Assembly (NCBI GenBank): GCA_014822185.1
Contig: QVLR01000079.1
Coordinates: 101,401 to 131,400 of the forward strand
Length of the DNA stretch: 30,000 nucleotides
Source of the DNA: Azoarcus sp. Aa7
GTDB taxonomy: Bacteria > Pseudomonadota > Gammaproteobacteria > Burkholderiales > Rhodocyclaceae
Reading direction: 5' to 3'
The notes under the pieces: model-generated
Databases searched by the model: none
What the model was told of the DNA's origin: nothing
What the model saw: the letters and a program-made list of their open reading frames with translations, nothing else
Position numbers and translations under genes: made by a program
Part shown: positions 7,610-15,253 of the stretch, in pieces
Numbering within the stretch: position 1 is the first letter of the stretch
Layout of the letters: every line of letters starts with the position of its first letter

Positions 7610-8449
7610 ATGAAGAGTGCCGAGGACATCGTCCGCGACGCGCAGGCGTGGTGGACCACCGAAATCATCGACATCGAGCCGGGCAGGATCGCGATGCGCG
7701 GCTACCCGATCGAGGAACTGATCGGCAACGTCAGCTTCCCGCAGATGATCTGGCTGATGGTGCGCGGCGACCTGCCGACGCCGGAGCAGTCGCGGTTGCT
7801 GGAAGCGGCGCTGGTGGCGGCGGTGGATCATGGCCCGCATGCGCCGTCGATCGCGATCTCGCGCATGGCCGTGACCTGCGGCGTCGAGCTGAACAACGCG
7901 ATGGCGTCGGCGGTGAACGTGCTGGCCGGCATCCACGGTGGCGCGGGGCAGCAGTGCATGGAGCTGTATGCCGACGCGGCGCGCCGCATCGCAGAAGGTG
8001 TGGCCCTCGAAGAAGCTGTCGAGGCCGCACTCGATGCCTATATTGCAGAGAACGGCAAGGTGATCCCCGGTTTCGGCCACCGCTTCCATCCGATCGACCC
8101 GCGCTCGGGCAAGCTGCTCGCAATGGTCGAGGAAGCGCGTGCGAAGGGTGTCGTCGAGGGGCTGTATTCGCAGATCGGCCAGCAGGTCGAGGCGATCCTC
8201 GAGCGGCGCAAGGGCAAGCGCATCCCGATGAACATCGACGGGGCGACGGCGGTGATCTACGCGGAGCTGGGTTTCGCGCCGGAACTGGGGCGCGGGCTCT
8301 TCATCCTGTCGCGTTCGGTCGGCATCCTGGCCCACGCGTGGGAGCAGTCGCAGCAGGGCGGTCGCATCAAGGGGCCGATGCCCAAGAACATTCCTTACAC
8401 CTATGCGGGACCGGCGCGCCGTGCCGTTCCCGGGAAGAACCAGGCGTAG
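7610..8449 (+). CDS. Short citrate-synthase-like protein (citryl-CoA-lyase-type, lacks the N-terminal part of full citrate synthases)
   Basis: ATG 7610 lies 2 nt after the CoA-transferase stop (coupled). 279 aa. All three citrate-synthase catalytic motifs are recognisable: LAGIHGGAG (His), PGFGHRFHPIDPR (His), MNIDGATAVIY (Asp). Confidence 0.8.
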   Translation: MKSAEDIVRDAQAWWTTEIIDIEPGRIAMRGYPIEELIGNVSFPQMIWLMVRGDLPTPEQSRLLEAALVAAVDHGPHAPSIAISRMAVTCGVELNNAMASAVNVLAGIHGGAGQQCMELYADAARRIAEGVALEEAVEAALDAYIAENGKVIPGFGHRFHPIDPRSGKLLAMVEEARAKGVVEGLYSQIGQQVEAILERRKGKRIPMNIDGATAVIYAELGFAPELGRGLFILSRSVGILAHAWEQSQQGGRIKGPMPKNIPYTYAGPARRAVPGKNQA

Positions 8450-8539
8450 CCCCGGCTTCGCAAGTGACGGCATAGCGCACGGGTTCGCCCGTGCCGACAT
8501 CGAAACGGAAATGACATCCAAATCTGGAGGCGACGCCAA

Positions 8540-10300
8540 ATGAAGCAACTGATCTCCCATCAGCTCGTCCGGTATCTCGAAGACCGCGGGGTCGAGCACA
8601 TCTTCGGCCTTTGCGGCCACACGAACATCGCGGTGCTGACGGCGCTGGAAAACAGCAAGATCCGCTTCATCAACACGCGCCACGAGCAGATCGCCGCGCA
8701 CGCCGCCGACGGCTATGCCCGCGCGACGAAGAAGGCGTCGGTCGTGCTGTCGCACCTCGGACCGGGCCTGACCAACGCCGCGACCGGCGTCGCGAACGCC
8801 GCGCTCGATTCGATCCCGATGGTGGTGATCGCGGGCGACATCCCGAGCTACTACTACGGCAAGCACCCGCACCAGGAGATCAACCTGCACGCGGACGCGT
8901 CGCAGTGGGAGATCTACCGCCCCTTCGTGAAGCGTGCGTGGCGTGTCGATACGCCGGAGCTGTTCCCGGAGATCCTCGAAAAGGCCTTCCAGCTCGCCGA
9001 AAGCGGGCGTCCCGGCCCGGTGCTGGTGAACGTGCCGATGGATTTCTTTTCGCGCGAGATCGACGTTTCGCTCTTCACCCGCCTGCGTCATCACACCAAG
9101 GCGGTGCAGAAGCCGTCGATCGACGACGTGACCGCAAAGAAGATCGTGCAGGCGCTGCTCGACGCGAAGGATCCGGTGATCTACGCCGGTGGCGGCGTGA
9201 TCCTGGCCGATGCGGCCCAGGAGCTGCGCGCCTTCGCCGAGCACCTGTCGCTGCCCGTCGCGCATTCGCTGATGGGCAAGGGCGTGCTGCCGGACGACCA
9301 TGAGCTGGTGTTGGGCATGACTGGCTTCTGGGGTACGAAGCTGGTGAACGACAAGTGCCGCAACGCGGACTGGATCATCGGCCTCGGCACGCGCTTTGCG
9401 GAAGCCGACTGCAGTTCGTGGGAGAACGAGTTCACCTTTTCCTTCCCGCCGACCAAGCTGATCCACATCGATATCGATTCGAACGAGATCGGGCGCAATT
9501 ATCCGGTCGAGATCGGCGTCGTCACCGACCTCAAGAGCGCGCTGACGGTGCTCAACCGCGTCGCCCGCGAGATGCTGCCGGAAGGCCGCAGGAACGACGC
9601 GCTGCGCAAGGAAATCGCGGCGTTCCGCGAGACCTTCGTGGCCGGCAACCAGAAGTTCGTGCAGGACGACTGCTTCCCGATGATGCCCGAGCGCATCCTG
9701 TCGGTGGTGCGCGAAGTGCTGCCGCGCGACGCGTTCATCACCACCGACGTGGGCTGGAACAAGAACGGCGTCGGTCAGCAGTTCCCGATCTACACGCCGG
9801 GCAGCATCCTGACCCCGGGCGGCTACTGCACGATGGGTTTCGGCGCCCCCGCGGCGCTCGGCGCGAAGGTCGCATTCCCGGACCGCGTGGTCGTGTCGCT
9901 GGTGGGTGACGGCGGCTTCGGCCAGAACCCGGCGGTGCTCGCGACGGCGGTCGAGGAGAACATCCCGGTGATCTGGGTCATCATGAACAACTTCGCGTTC
10001 GGCACCATCGCCGGCCTGCAGAAGGCGCACTACGGCACGACGACCGGCACGCTGTTTCGCAAGGACGGCGAGCCCTACCAGGCGGATTTCGCCGCGGTGG
10101 CGCGTGCGTATGGCGCGGAAGGCGTGAAGATCGAATCGGCCGAGCAGTTCAAGGAAGTGCTCGCGCAGGCGGTGAAGTCTAACAAGCCCTTCGTGATCGA
10201 CGTCGCGATGAAGAACAACCCGGTGCCGACGACCGGCCACTGGAACATCCTCGACATCTACTCGCCGAACGCGAAGGTGTCGCACGTCAGCACGGACTAA
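8540..10300 (+). CDS. Thiamine-diphosphate-dependent enzyme of the acetolactate synthase / glyoxylate carboligase / pyruvate oxidase superfamily (substrate unknown)
   Basis: 586 aa. Catalytic Glu context RHEQIAAHAADGYAR, GPGLTNA, and the ThDP-binding GDG...NN motif (LVGDGGFGQNPAVLATAVEENIPVIWVIMNN). Does not look like the Xsc, Oxc, IolD or cyclohexane-1,2-dione hydrolase sequences as far as I can recall them. Confidence 0.9.
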   Translation: MKQLISHQLVRYLEDRGVEHIFGLCGHTNIAVLTALENSKIRFINTRHEQIAAHAADGYARATKKASVVLSHLGPGLTNAATGVANAALDSIPMVVIAGDIPSYYYGKHPHQEINLHADASQWEIYRPFVKRAWRVDTPELFPEILEKAFQLAESGRPGPVLVNVPMDFFSREIDVSLFTRLRHHTKAVQKPSIDDVTAKKIVQALLDAKDPVIYAGGGVILADAAQELRAFAEHLSLPVAHSLMGKGVLPDDHELVLGMTGFWGTKLVNDKCRNADWIIGLGTRFAEADCSSWENEFTFSFPPTKLIHIDIDSNEIGRNYPVEIGVVTDLKSALTVLNRVAREMLPEGRRNDALRKEIAAFRETFVAGNQKFVQDDCFPMMPERILSVVREVLPRDAFITTDVGWNKNGVGQQFPIYTPGSILTPGGYCTMGFGAPAALGAKVAFPDRVVVSLVGDGGFGQNPAVLATAVEENIPVIWVIMNNFAFGTIAGLQKAHYGTTTGTLFRKDGEPYQADFAAVARAYGAEGVKIESAEQFKEVLAQAVKSNKPFVIDVAMKNNPVPTTGHWNILDIYSPNAKVSHVSTD

Positions 10301-10310
10301 GCTTCCCGTG

Positions 10311-10331
10311 GGGCGGGACTTGATCCCGCCC
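10311..10331. repeat. Single REP-like hairpin GGGCGGGActtgaTCCCGCCC directly after the ThDP gene
   Basis: Same GGCGGGA-N5-TCCCGCC stem as the repeats at 20887, 20933, 21953 and 22003. May double as a transcript-stabilising or terminator hairpin. Confidence 0.5.
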
Positions 10332-10398
10332 TGCGCGCCCCCGACCCCAACCCCGACAGACAGCGTTATCAGGCATCGAACAAGAGAAGGAAGCTTCC

Positions 10399-11259
10399 AT
10401 GGACAATGCAGGACCGAACCCGCTGTCGATCTCCGGTTCGACGCTCCTCTACCCGGTCATCGGCTACCCGGTGGGCCAGGTAAAGGCGCCGATTCTGTAC
10501 AACAAGCTGTTCGCCGCGACCGGTATCGATGCGGTGGTGGTGCCGCTGGAGATCGCGCCGGCCGACTTCGCGAGAGTCGGGCCGGCGCTTTTTGCCGTTT
10601 CCAACGTGCGCGGCGCGATGATCACGATCCCGCACAAGCCCGCGTGCGTCGATTTTCTCGACGCGGCGAGCGCCGCGGTGAGGGCCGCCGGCGCGTGCAA
10701 CGCGATCGTCAAGCGCGCGGACGGCACGCTCTTCGGCGATCTCTTCGACGGCGTCGGCTTCGTACGCGGCTTGAAGCGCGCGGGCGTCGAGCCGAGGGGC
10801 ATGCGCTGCCTGGTCGTGGGCTCGGGCGGCGTCGGTGCGGCGATCGCCGTGGCGTTGGGCGAGGCCGGCGCGGCGAGCGTGGGCGTGTCGGACATCAGCG
10901 CCGACAGCGCGGCACGGCTTGCAGGGCGGCTCGTGAGCTTCGGCGTGTGCCGCGAGGCCTTCGTCGCGACGAACGACCCCGCGGGCTACGATCTCGTCGT
11001 CAACGCGACACCGCTCGGGCTCAAGGAGAGCGATCCGCTGCCGGTGCCGGTCGAGCGCCTCGCGCCCGGCACGGTGGTCGCGGACGTCATCATGAAGATC
11101 GACTTCACGCCGCTCCTGCTCGCCGCGCGTGAGCGCGGCTGCACGATACACATGGGGCGGGAGATGTTCATCGAGATGGCGCCGCTGTATCTTTCGCTGT
11201 TCGGTTACGACGGCTACACCTCCGACGGCATCCGCAAGCTGGTCGGCTACAAGGATTGA
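10399..11259 (+). CDS. Shikimate/quinate dehydrogenase-family oxidoreductase (non-canonical substrate motifs)
   Basis: 286 aa. Shows the AroE/YdiB architecture: ITIPHK (catalytic Lys), GACNAI, GDLFDGVGF (catalytic Asp), Rossmann VVGSGGVGAAIA, NATPLG. The N-terminal HSxSP/SRTP carboxylate-binding motif reads GQVKAP, and NTD reads LFD. Confidence 0.8.
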   Translation: MDNAGPNPLSISGSTLLYPVIGYPVGQVKAPILYNKLFAATGIDAVVVPLEIAPADFARVGPALFAVSNVRGAMITIPHKPACVDFLDAASAAVRAAGACNAIVKRADGTLFGDLFDGVGFVRGLKRAGVEPRGMRCLVVGSGGVGAAIAVALGEAGAASVGVSDISADSAARLAGRLVSFGVCREAFVATNDPAGYDLVVNATPLGLKESDPLPVPVERLAPGTVVADVIMKIDFTPLLLAARERGCTIHMGREMFIEMAPLYLSLFGYDGYTSDGIRKLVGYKD

Positions 11260-11324
11260 GGACAGGGCGGGTGCGGCCTGCGGGCCGCGCGGGCGCCCGT
11301 TTCGAATTGACGAGGAATCAAGTG

Positions 11325-12107
11325 ATGGCATTTACCCGTGCTCTGGAAGTGAAAGGCAAGCCGGTCGGCGAAGGCAAGGAACCGCTGGTGTGCGCACCGC
11401 TGGTCGGCCGTGACGAGGCCGGCGTGCTCGGCGAACTCGACGCGATCGTCGCGAAGCAGCCCGATCTGCTCGAATGGCGCGTCGATTTCTTCGCTGGCAT
11501 CGCCGATACCGGCCGAGTCGTGGAACTGGCGCAGGAAGTCCGCAAGAGCTCGGCGGGAATTCCGATCATCTTCACGCGCCGCTCGATCCGCGAAGGCGGC
11601 GAGACGATCGGCATCTCGGAAGAGCAGGTGCTTGAGATGTACCAGGCGGTCGCGCGTTCGGGCGCGGTCGATTTCCTCGACTACGAGCTGTCGTGCGAGC
11701 CGAAGCATTTCGCCGCCGCTGTCGAACTTGCCCGCGAGACCGGCACGAAGCTGATCGCGTCCTTCCACAACTTCCAGAAGACCCCGTCGGCCGAGGAGAT
11801 CGTCGCGAAGTTCGTCTCGATGGAAAAGGCCGGCGCGGATGTCGCGAAGGTCGCGGTGATGCCGCAGGGGCTCGAGGACGTGCTGACCGTGCTGCAGGCG
11901 ACGCTGGACGGACAGAAGAAGATCTCGCTGCCCATCATCAGCATGTCGATGGGCGCCTACGGCTCGCTCTCGCGCCTGTTCGGCTGGGTGTTCGGTTCGT
12001 CGGTGAGCTTTGCGGTCGGGCAGAAGGCGTCGGCTCCGGGACAGGTGCCGATCGAGGATCTGCGACGCGTTCTCGACGTGCTGCAGCGTTCGCTCGCCGG
12101 AAAGTAA
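11325..12107 (+). CDS. aroD: Type I 3-dehydroquinate dehydratase
   Basis: Start at ATG 11325 behind GAGGAA. Collinear with E. coli AroD as I recall it: LEWRVD, IFTRRS..EGG, SFHNF (His143 equivalent), ADVAKVAVMP (Schiff-base Lys170 equivalent), ISMSMG, ASAPGQ. Confidence 0.9.
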   Translation: MAFTRALEVKGKPVGEGKEPLVCAPLVGRDEAGVLGELDAIVAKQPDLLEWRVDFFAGIADTGRVVELAQEVRKSSAGIPIIFTRRSIREGGETIGISEEQVLEMYQAVARSGAVDFLDYELSCEPKHFAAAVELARETGTKLIASFHNFQKTPSAEEIVAKFVSMEKAGADVAKVAVMPQGLEDVLTVLQATLDGQKKISLPIISMSMGAYGSLSRLFGWVFGSSVSFAVGQKASAPGQVPIEDLRRVLDVLQRSLAGK

Positions 12108-12157
12108 GTTCCGCGCCGGGAGGCGCGGCGGCGTAGAATCCCGCGCCCCCAATTCGA

Positions 12158-12197
12158 GCCGCATCCGGCCCGCTTCTGCGGCCCGGATGCGGCTTTT
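12158..12197 (+). terminator. Rho-independent terminator after aroD
   Basis: 16-nt arms GCCGCATCCGGCCCGC / GCGGCCCGGATGCGGC (one mismatch), loop TTCT, followed by TTTT (12194-12197). Confidence 0.7.
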
Positions 12198-12217
12198 GCA
12201 TTTCCCGGAATCCCCCC

Positions 12218-12967
12218 ATGACCTTCGATACCGCAGGCTGGATCGTCGCCGGCATTGCCGTGCTGCTCACCGGCATCTCCAAGTCCGGCCTCGGCGGCGC
12301 CTTCGGCGGGCTCGCCGTGCCCTTCATGTCGCTGTGGATCACGCCCGTCCAAGCGGCGGCGGTGATGCTGCCGTTGCTCGTGTTCATCGACTGGATCGGG
12401 ATCCGGGCGTACTGGCGCAGATGGTCGAGCGAGGAAATCCGCCTGCTGCTGCCCGCCGCCGCGGTTGGCATGCTGGTCGGGACGGTGGTGTTCGGCTGGA
12501 TGCCGGAGAAGGCGGTGAAGGGCTGCGTCGGCGCGATCGCCGTGCTGTTCGCGCTCGACCGGATCTTCGGGCTGCGCGCCCGGCTCAAGCTTTCGGGGCC
12601 GCCGGGGAAGGCCACGGGGCTGTTCTGGGGCGCGGTGTCGGGCTTCACCAGCACGATTGCGCACGCCGGTTCGCCGCCGCTGCTCGTGTATCTGCTCAAC
12701 CGTGGCCTCGCCAAGGACACTTTCGTCGCGACCACGGTGATCTACTTCACTGCGGTCAACGCCGTGAAGATCGTGCCCTATGCGGCGCTGGGGCTGTTCA
12801 CGTGGGAATCGCTGAAGATGTCGCTGCTGCTCGCGCCGATCGCTCCCGTCGGCGTGTGGATCGGCCTCAAGGCGCTGAAGCGCATCCCGGAACGGGCGTT
12901 CTTCGTGTTCGCGACGGCGATGCTAGGGCTTTCCGGCGTGAAGCTGCTGTGGGATGCGTTCGCGTGA
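12218..12967 (+). CDS. TSUP (TauE/SafE) family anion-exporter-like membrane protein
   Basis: 249 aa, about 8 hydrophobic segments, duplicated G-rich motifs (GISKSGLGGAFGGLAVP; GFTSTIAHAGSPPLLVYLL). Confidence 0.85.
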   Translation: MTFDTAGWIVAGIAVLLTGISKSGLGGAFGGLAVPFMSLWITPVQAAAVMLPLLVFIDWIGIRAYWRRWSSEEIRLLLPAAAVGMLVGTVVFGWMPEKAVKGCVGAIAVLFALDRIFGLRARLKLSGPPGKATGLFWGAVSGFTSTIAHAGSPPLLVYLLNRGLAKDTFVATTVIYFTAVNAVKIVPYAALGLFTWESLKMSLLLAPIAPVGVWIGLKALKRIPERAFFVFATAMLGLSGVKLLWDAFA

Positions 12968-12970
12968 GCC

Positions 12971-13912
12971 TCAACCGAGCTGCGGCTGAAGCATCCAGAT
13001 CACCGCGCTCACCGAGAAGAAGGCGCTGATCGTCGTGGCCATCAGCGCGGCGGCGGGGAGTTCCTCCTGGCCGAAGCGCTGCGCGATGATCGGGAAGATG
13101 CTCGCCATCGGCATGCAGGCGAAGGCGATCGCCGCGACGCGCAGCGTCGGATCGAGCGGCGGCAGGAGCGTCAGCGCGATGAACACGAAGAGCGGGTGAA
13201 GGACGAGCTTGCCTGCGACGATTTGCGCGATGTCGCGGCGCATGCCGCGGACCTTGATGCCGACCAGCGTCCCGCCGATGACGAAGAGCGCCACACCCGC
13301 CGCGGCGAGCGAGAGCATGTCGATGGAGCGCGCGACCGGAGCGGGCAGGCGGATGCCCAGCAGCGCGAGGCTGAAACCTGCGACGATGGCGATGATGAGC
13401 GGGTTTTTCGCAAGCCGGGTGAAGGTCTCGATCACCACGCGATGAATCTTCTTGCCGTCACCCCCTCTGCTCTCGGCGAGCGCCAGCGTCAGCGGCACGA
13501 TCAGCAGGTTCTCGACGAGGAAGCACAGCGCCAGCGCGATGCCGGCCGCCGGGCCGACGACCTGCAGCACGATCGGGTAACCGATGAAGCCGCTGTTCGA
13601 CAGGGACATGCCCATGCCGTGCACCACGCCGGTCTGCAGCGTTTTCTTCTGCACGAGGCGCGCGAAGCCGATGCCCGCGGCGAAGGCCGCAAGCGAGCCG
13701 AGCGTGTAGGCGGTCAGGTAGCCGACGTTCATGATCTCGGAGAAGGGACGTTCGGTCAGCGCTTTCAACAGCATCGCCGGCAGCGCGATGTTGATCGCGA
13801 ACTTGCCGAGGATGCGCGTCTCGCTCTTGTCGAAGAGGCCGTTGCGCACCGCGGCGAAGCCGATCGCGATGACGAGGAAGGCCGGGCCGGTGATCAAAAA
13901 AACGTCGAGCAT
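12971..13912 (-). CDS. AEC (auxin efflux carrier) family transporter
   Basis: ORF 12971..13960. I prefer the start at M17 (ATG 13912, MLDVFLITGPAFLVIAIGF), the typical AEC N-terminus. Polytopic throughout. Confidence 0.85.
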   Translation of the reverse strand: MLDVFLITGPAFLVIAIGFAAVRNGLFDKSETRILGKFAINIALPAMLLKALTERPFSEIMNVGYLTAYTLGSLAAFAAGIGFARLVQKKTLQTGVVHGMGMSLSNSGFIGYPIVLQVVGPAAGIALALCFLVENLLIVPLTLALAESRGGDGKKIHRVVIETFTRLAKNPLIIAIVAGFSLALLGIRLPAPVARSIDMLSLAAAGVALFVIGGTLVGIKVRGMRRDIAQIVAGKLVLHPLFVFIALTLLPPLDPTLRVAAIAFACMPMASIFPIIAQRFGQEELPAAALMATTISAFFSVSAVIWMLQPQLG

Positions 13913-13969
13913 GGGTGCAATCCGGAGGGGTGCGCGGAGCATAACACCGGGGTGTGGCATGTCCGCGAA

Positions 13970-14497
13970 CTAGACGAGTCCGAGGGCTCCCGCCGCCGCG
14001 CCGGCACCGATGTACCACAGGGGGTGCCAGCTGCGCACGGACATGAGGCCGGTGCACGCGAGCGTCAGCAGGATGCCGCGCAGGTCGAGTCCCGCCGAGG
14101 CGCCGATCAGCCAGCCGCTCGTACAGACCAGGCCCACGGCGAGGGGGGCGACGCCGGTCTGGATCGCCTCGCGCCACGGTGCGTCGCGGAAGCGTTCCCA
14201 ATGCCGGTAAAGAAAGAAGATGACCAGGCTCATCGGCAGGCTGATTGCGAGTGTCGCGGCGATCGCGCCCGGGATGCCGGCAACCTTCCAGCCGATCAGC
14301 GACACGACCAGCAGGTTGGGCCCCGGTGCGGCCTGGGCGATCGCGAAGAGGTGGGCGAAGGTGGTTTCGTCCATCCACTGGCGCTGCTCGACGACGACGC
14401 GGTGCAACTCGGGCAGCATCGCCGTGATGCCGCCGAAGGCGACCACGGTGAGGATGCTGAACTGCAGGAAAAGATCGGCGAGCAGCGCCACCGTCAC
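13970..14497 (-). CDS. Short-chain chromate-ion-transporter (CHR) family protein, C-terminal-type half
   Basis: 175 aa. CHR signature: AFGGITAMLPELHRVVVEQRQWMDETTFAHLFAIAQAAPGPN. Confidence 0.85.
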   Translation of the reverse strand: MTVALLADLFLQFSILTVVAFGGITAMLPELHRVVVEQRQWMDETTFAHLFAIAQAAPGPNLLVVSLIGWKVAGIPGAIAATLAISLPMSLVIFFLYRHWERFRDAPWREAIQTGVAPLAVGLVCTSGWLIGASAGLDLRGILLTLACTGLMSVRSWHPLWYIGAGAAAGALGLV

Positions 14498-15126
14498 GAG
14501 TCCGTTTTCGCGGTTGTGGCTAGCCCCGCCGCGCGGCGCGCGCGCCTATAGGCGATGAGGCCGGTCATGCCGAGCAGCGCCAGCATCAGCGGCGGCAGCG
14601 GCAGGCGCAGGATCACCAGCGCAACGAGGATCAGCGCCGCGAAGGGCAGGTAGATCCACCGCTCGGGCACGTTGCGCGCCATCTTCAATGCTGTCGCGAA
14701 GAGCAGTCCCGCGCCGGCGGCCGCGATGCCGCGCAGCATGTCCTGCACGACGGCGAGGTGACCCCAGACGCCGTAGGCGGTCGCGAGCGCCATCATCACG
14801 AGGAAGGGGCCGAGCAGCAGTCCGGAGGTCGCGACGATCGCGCCGCGCGCACCGTGGAAGCGCGCGCCCACGCACACGGCGAGATTGACGACGTTGGAGC
14901 CGGGCAGGAACTGGCACAGGCCGAGCAGGGCGTTGAAATCGGCGCCGCTCATGAGACGGCGTTCCTCGACGAGGAGATGCCGCAGCAGCGGCAGCACGCC
15001 GCCGAAGCCCGACAGGCCGACGCGCGAGCACGCGAGGAAGAGTTCCCACAGACCGGGCTGGCGCGACAGCTCCTGGTGAGGGGACCCCGGTTCCGGCGCG
15101 ACCGGGGCGGCAGGGGAGTTACTCAT
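14494..15126 (-). CDS. Short-chain CHR family protein, N-terminal-type half
   Basis: Start at M70 of ORF 14494..15333 (ATG 15126, MSNSPAAP). CHR signature GLSGFGGVLPLLRHLLVEERRLMSGADFNALLGLCQFLPGSN. Its stop overlaps the next gene's ATG (ATGA, 14494-14497), as in paired SCHR genes. Confidence 0.85.
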   Translation of the reverse strand: MSNSPAAPVAPEPGSPHQELSRQPGLWELFLACSRVGLSGFGGVLPLLRHLLVEERRLMSGADFNALLGLCQFLPGSNVVNLAVCVGARFHGARGAIVATSGLLLGPFLVMMALATAYGVWGHLAVVQDMLRGIAAAGAGLLFATALKMARNVPERWIYLPFAALILVALVILRLPLPPLMLALLGMTGLIAYRRARRAAGLATTAKTDS

Positions 15127-15253
15127 GCGTCCGGCGCTCCAGGGGCGGCGCTGCGGCGCGGGCAGGGGAAGACTCCCTCCGCGCCGCAGGCGAGGATGAG
15201 GTGCGCGGACGACGGCGGGAGGGGAGGGAGTGCCGAAGCCCGCGCGGAGGAGA

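Noticed and set aside
7559-10285. 908-aa ORF on the minus strand, the longest ORF in the window
   Set aside because: It is antisense to three well-supported plus-strand genes (citrate-synthase-like, ThDP enzyme). Its translation is Arg/His/Asp/Val-rich low-complexity with no recognisable motifs. This is the typical stop-poor antisense frame of GC-rich DNA.
8540-12967. Idea that ThDP enzyme + TauE/SafE-type protein mark a sulfonate (sulfoacetaldehyde acetyltransferase/Xsc) pathway, possibly with the ComB-like phosphatase at 28469
   Set aside because: The ThDP protein does not resemble Xsc as far as I can recall its sequence. No pta, sulfonate dehydrogenase, desulfonating lyase or sulfite dehydrogenase is present. 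TSUP proteins are generic anion transporters. The ComB-like gene is 16 kb away in a different unit. The idea cannot be excluded without a phylogeny, but it is unsupported.
13970-15126. Chromate-resistance determinant
   Set aside because: Only the CHR transporter halves are present. There is no chrB regulator, chrC superoxide dismutase, chrF or reductase, and no mobile-element context. The family call is kept, but the resistance function is not asserted.
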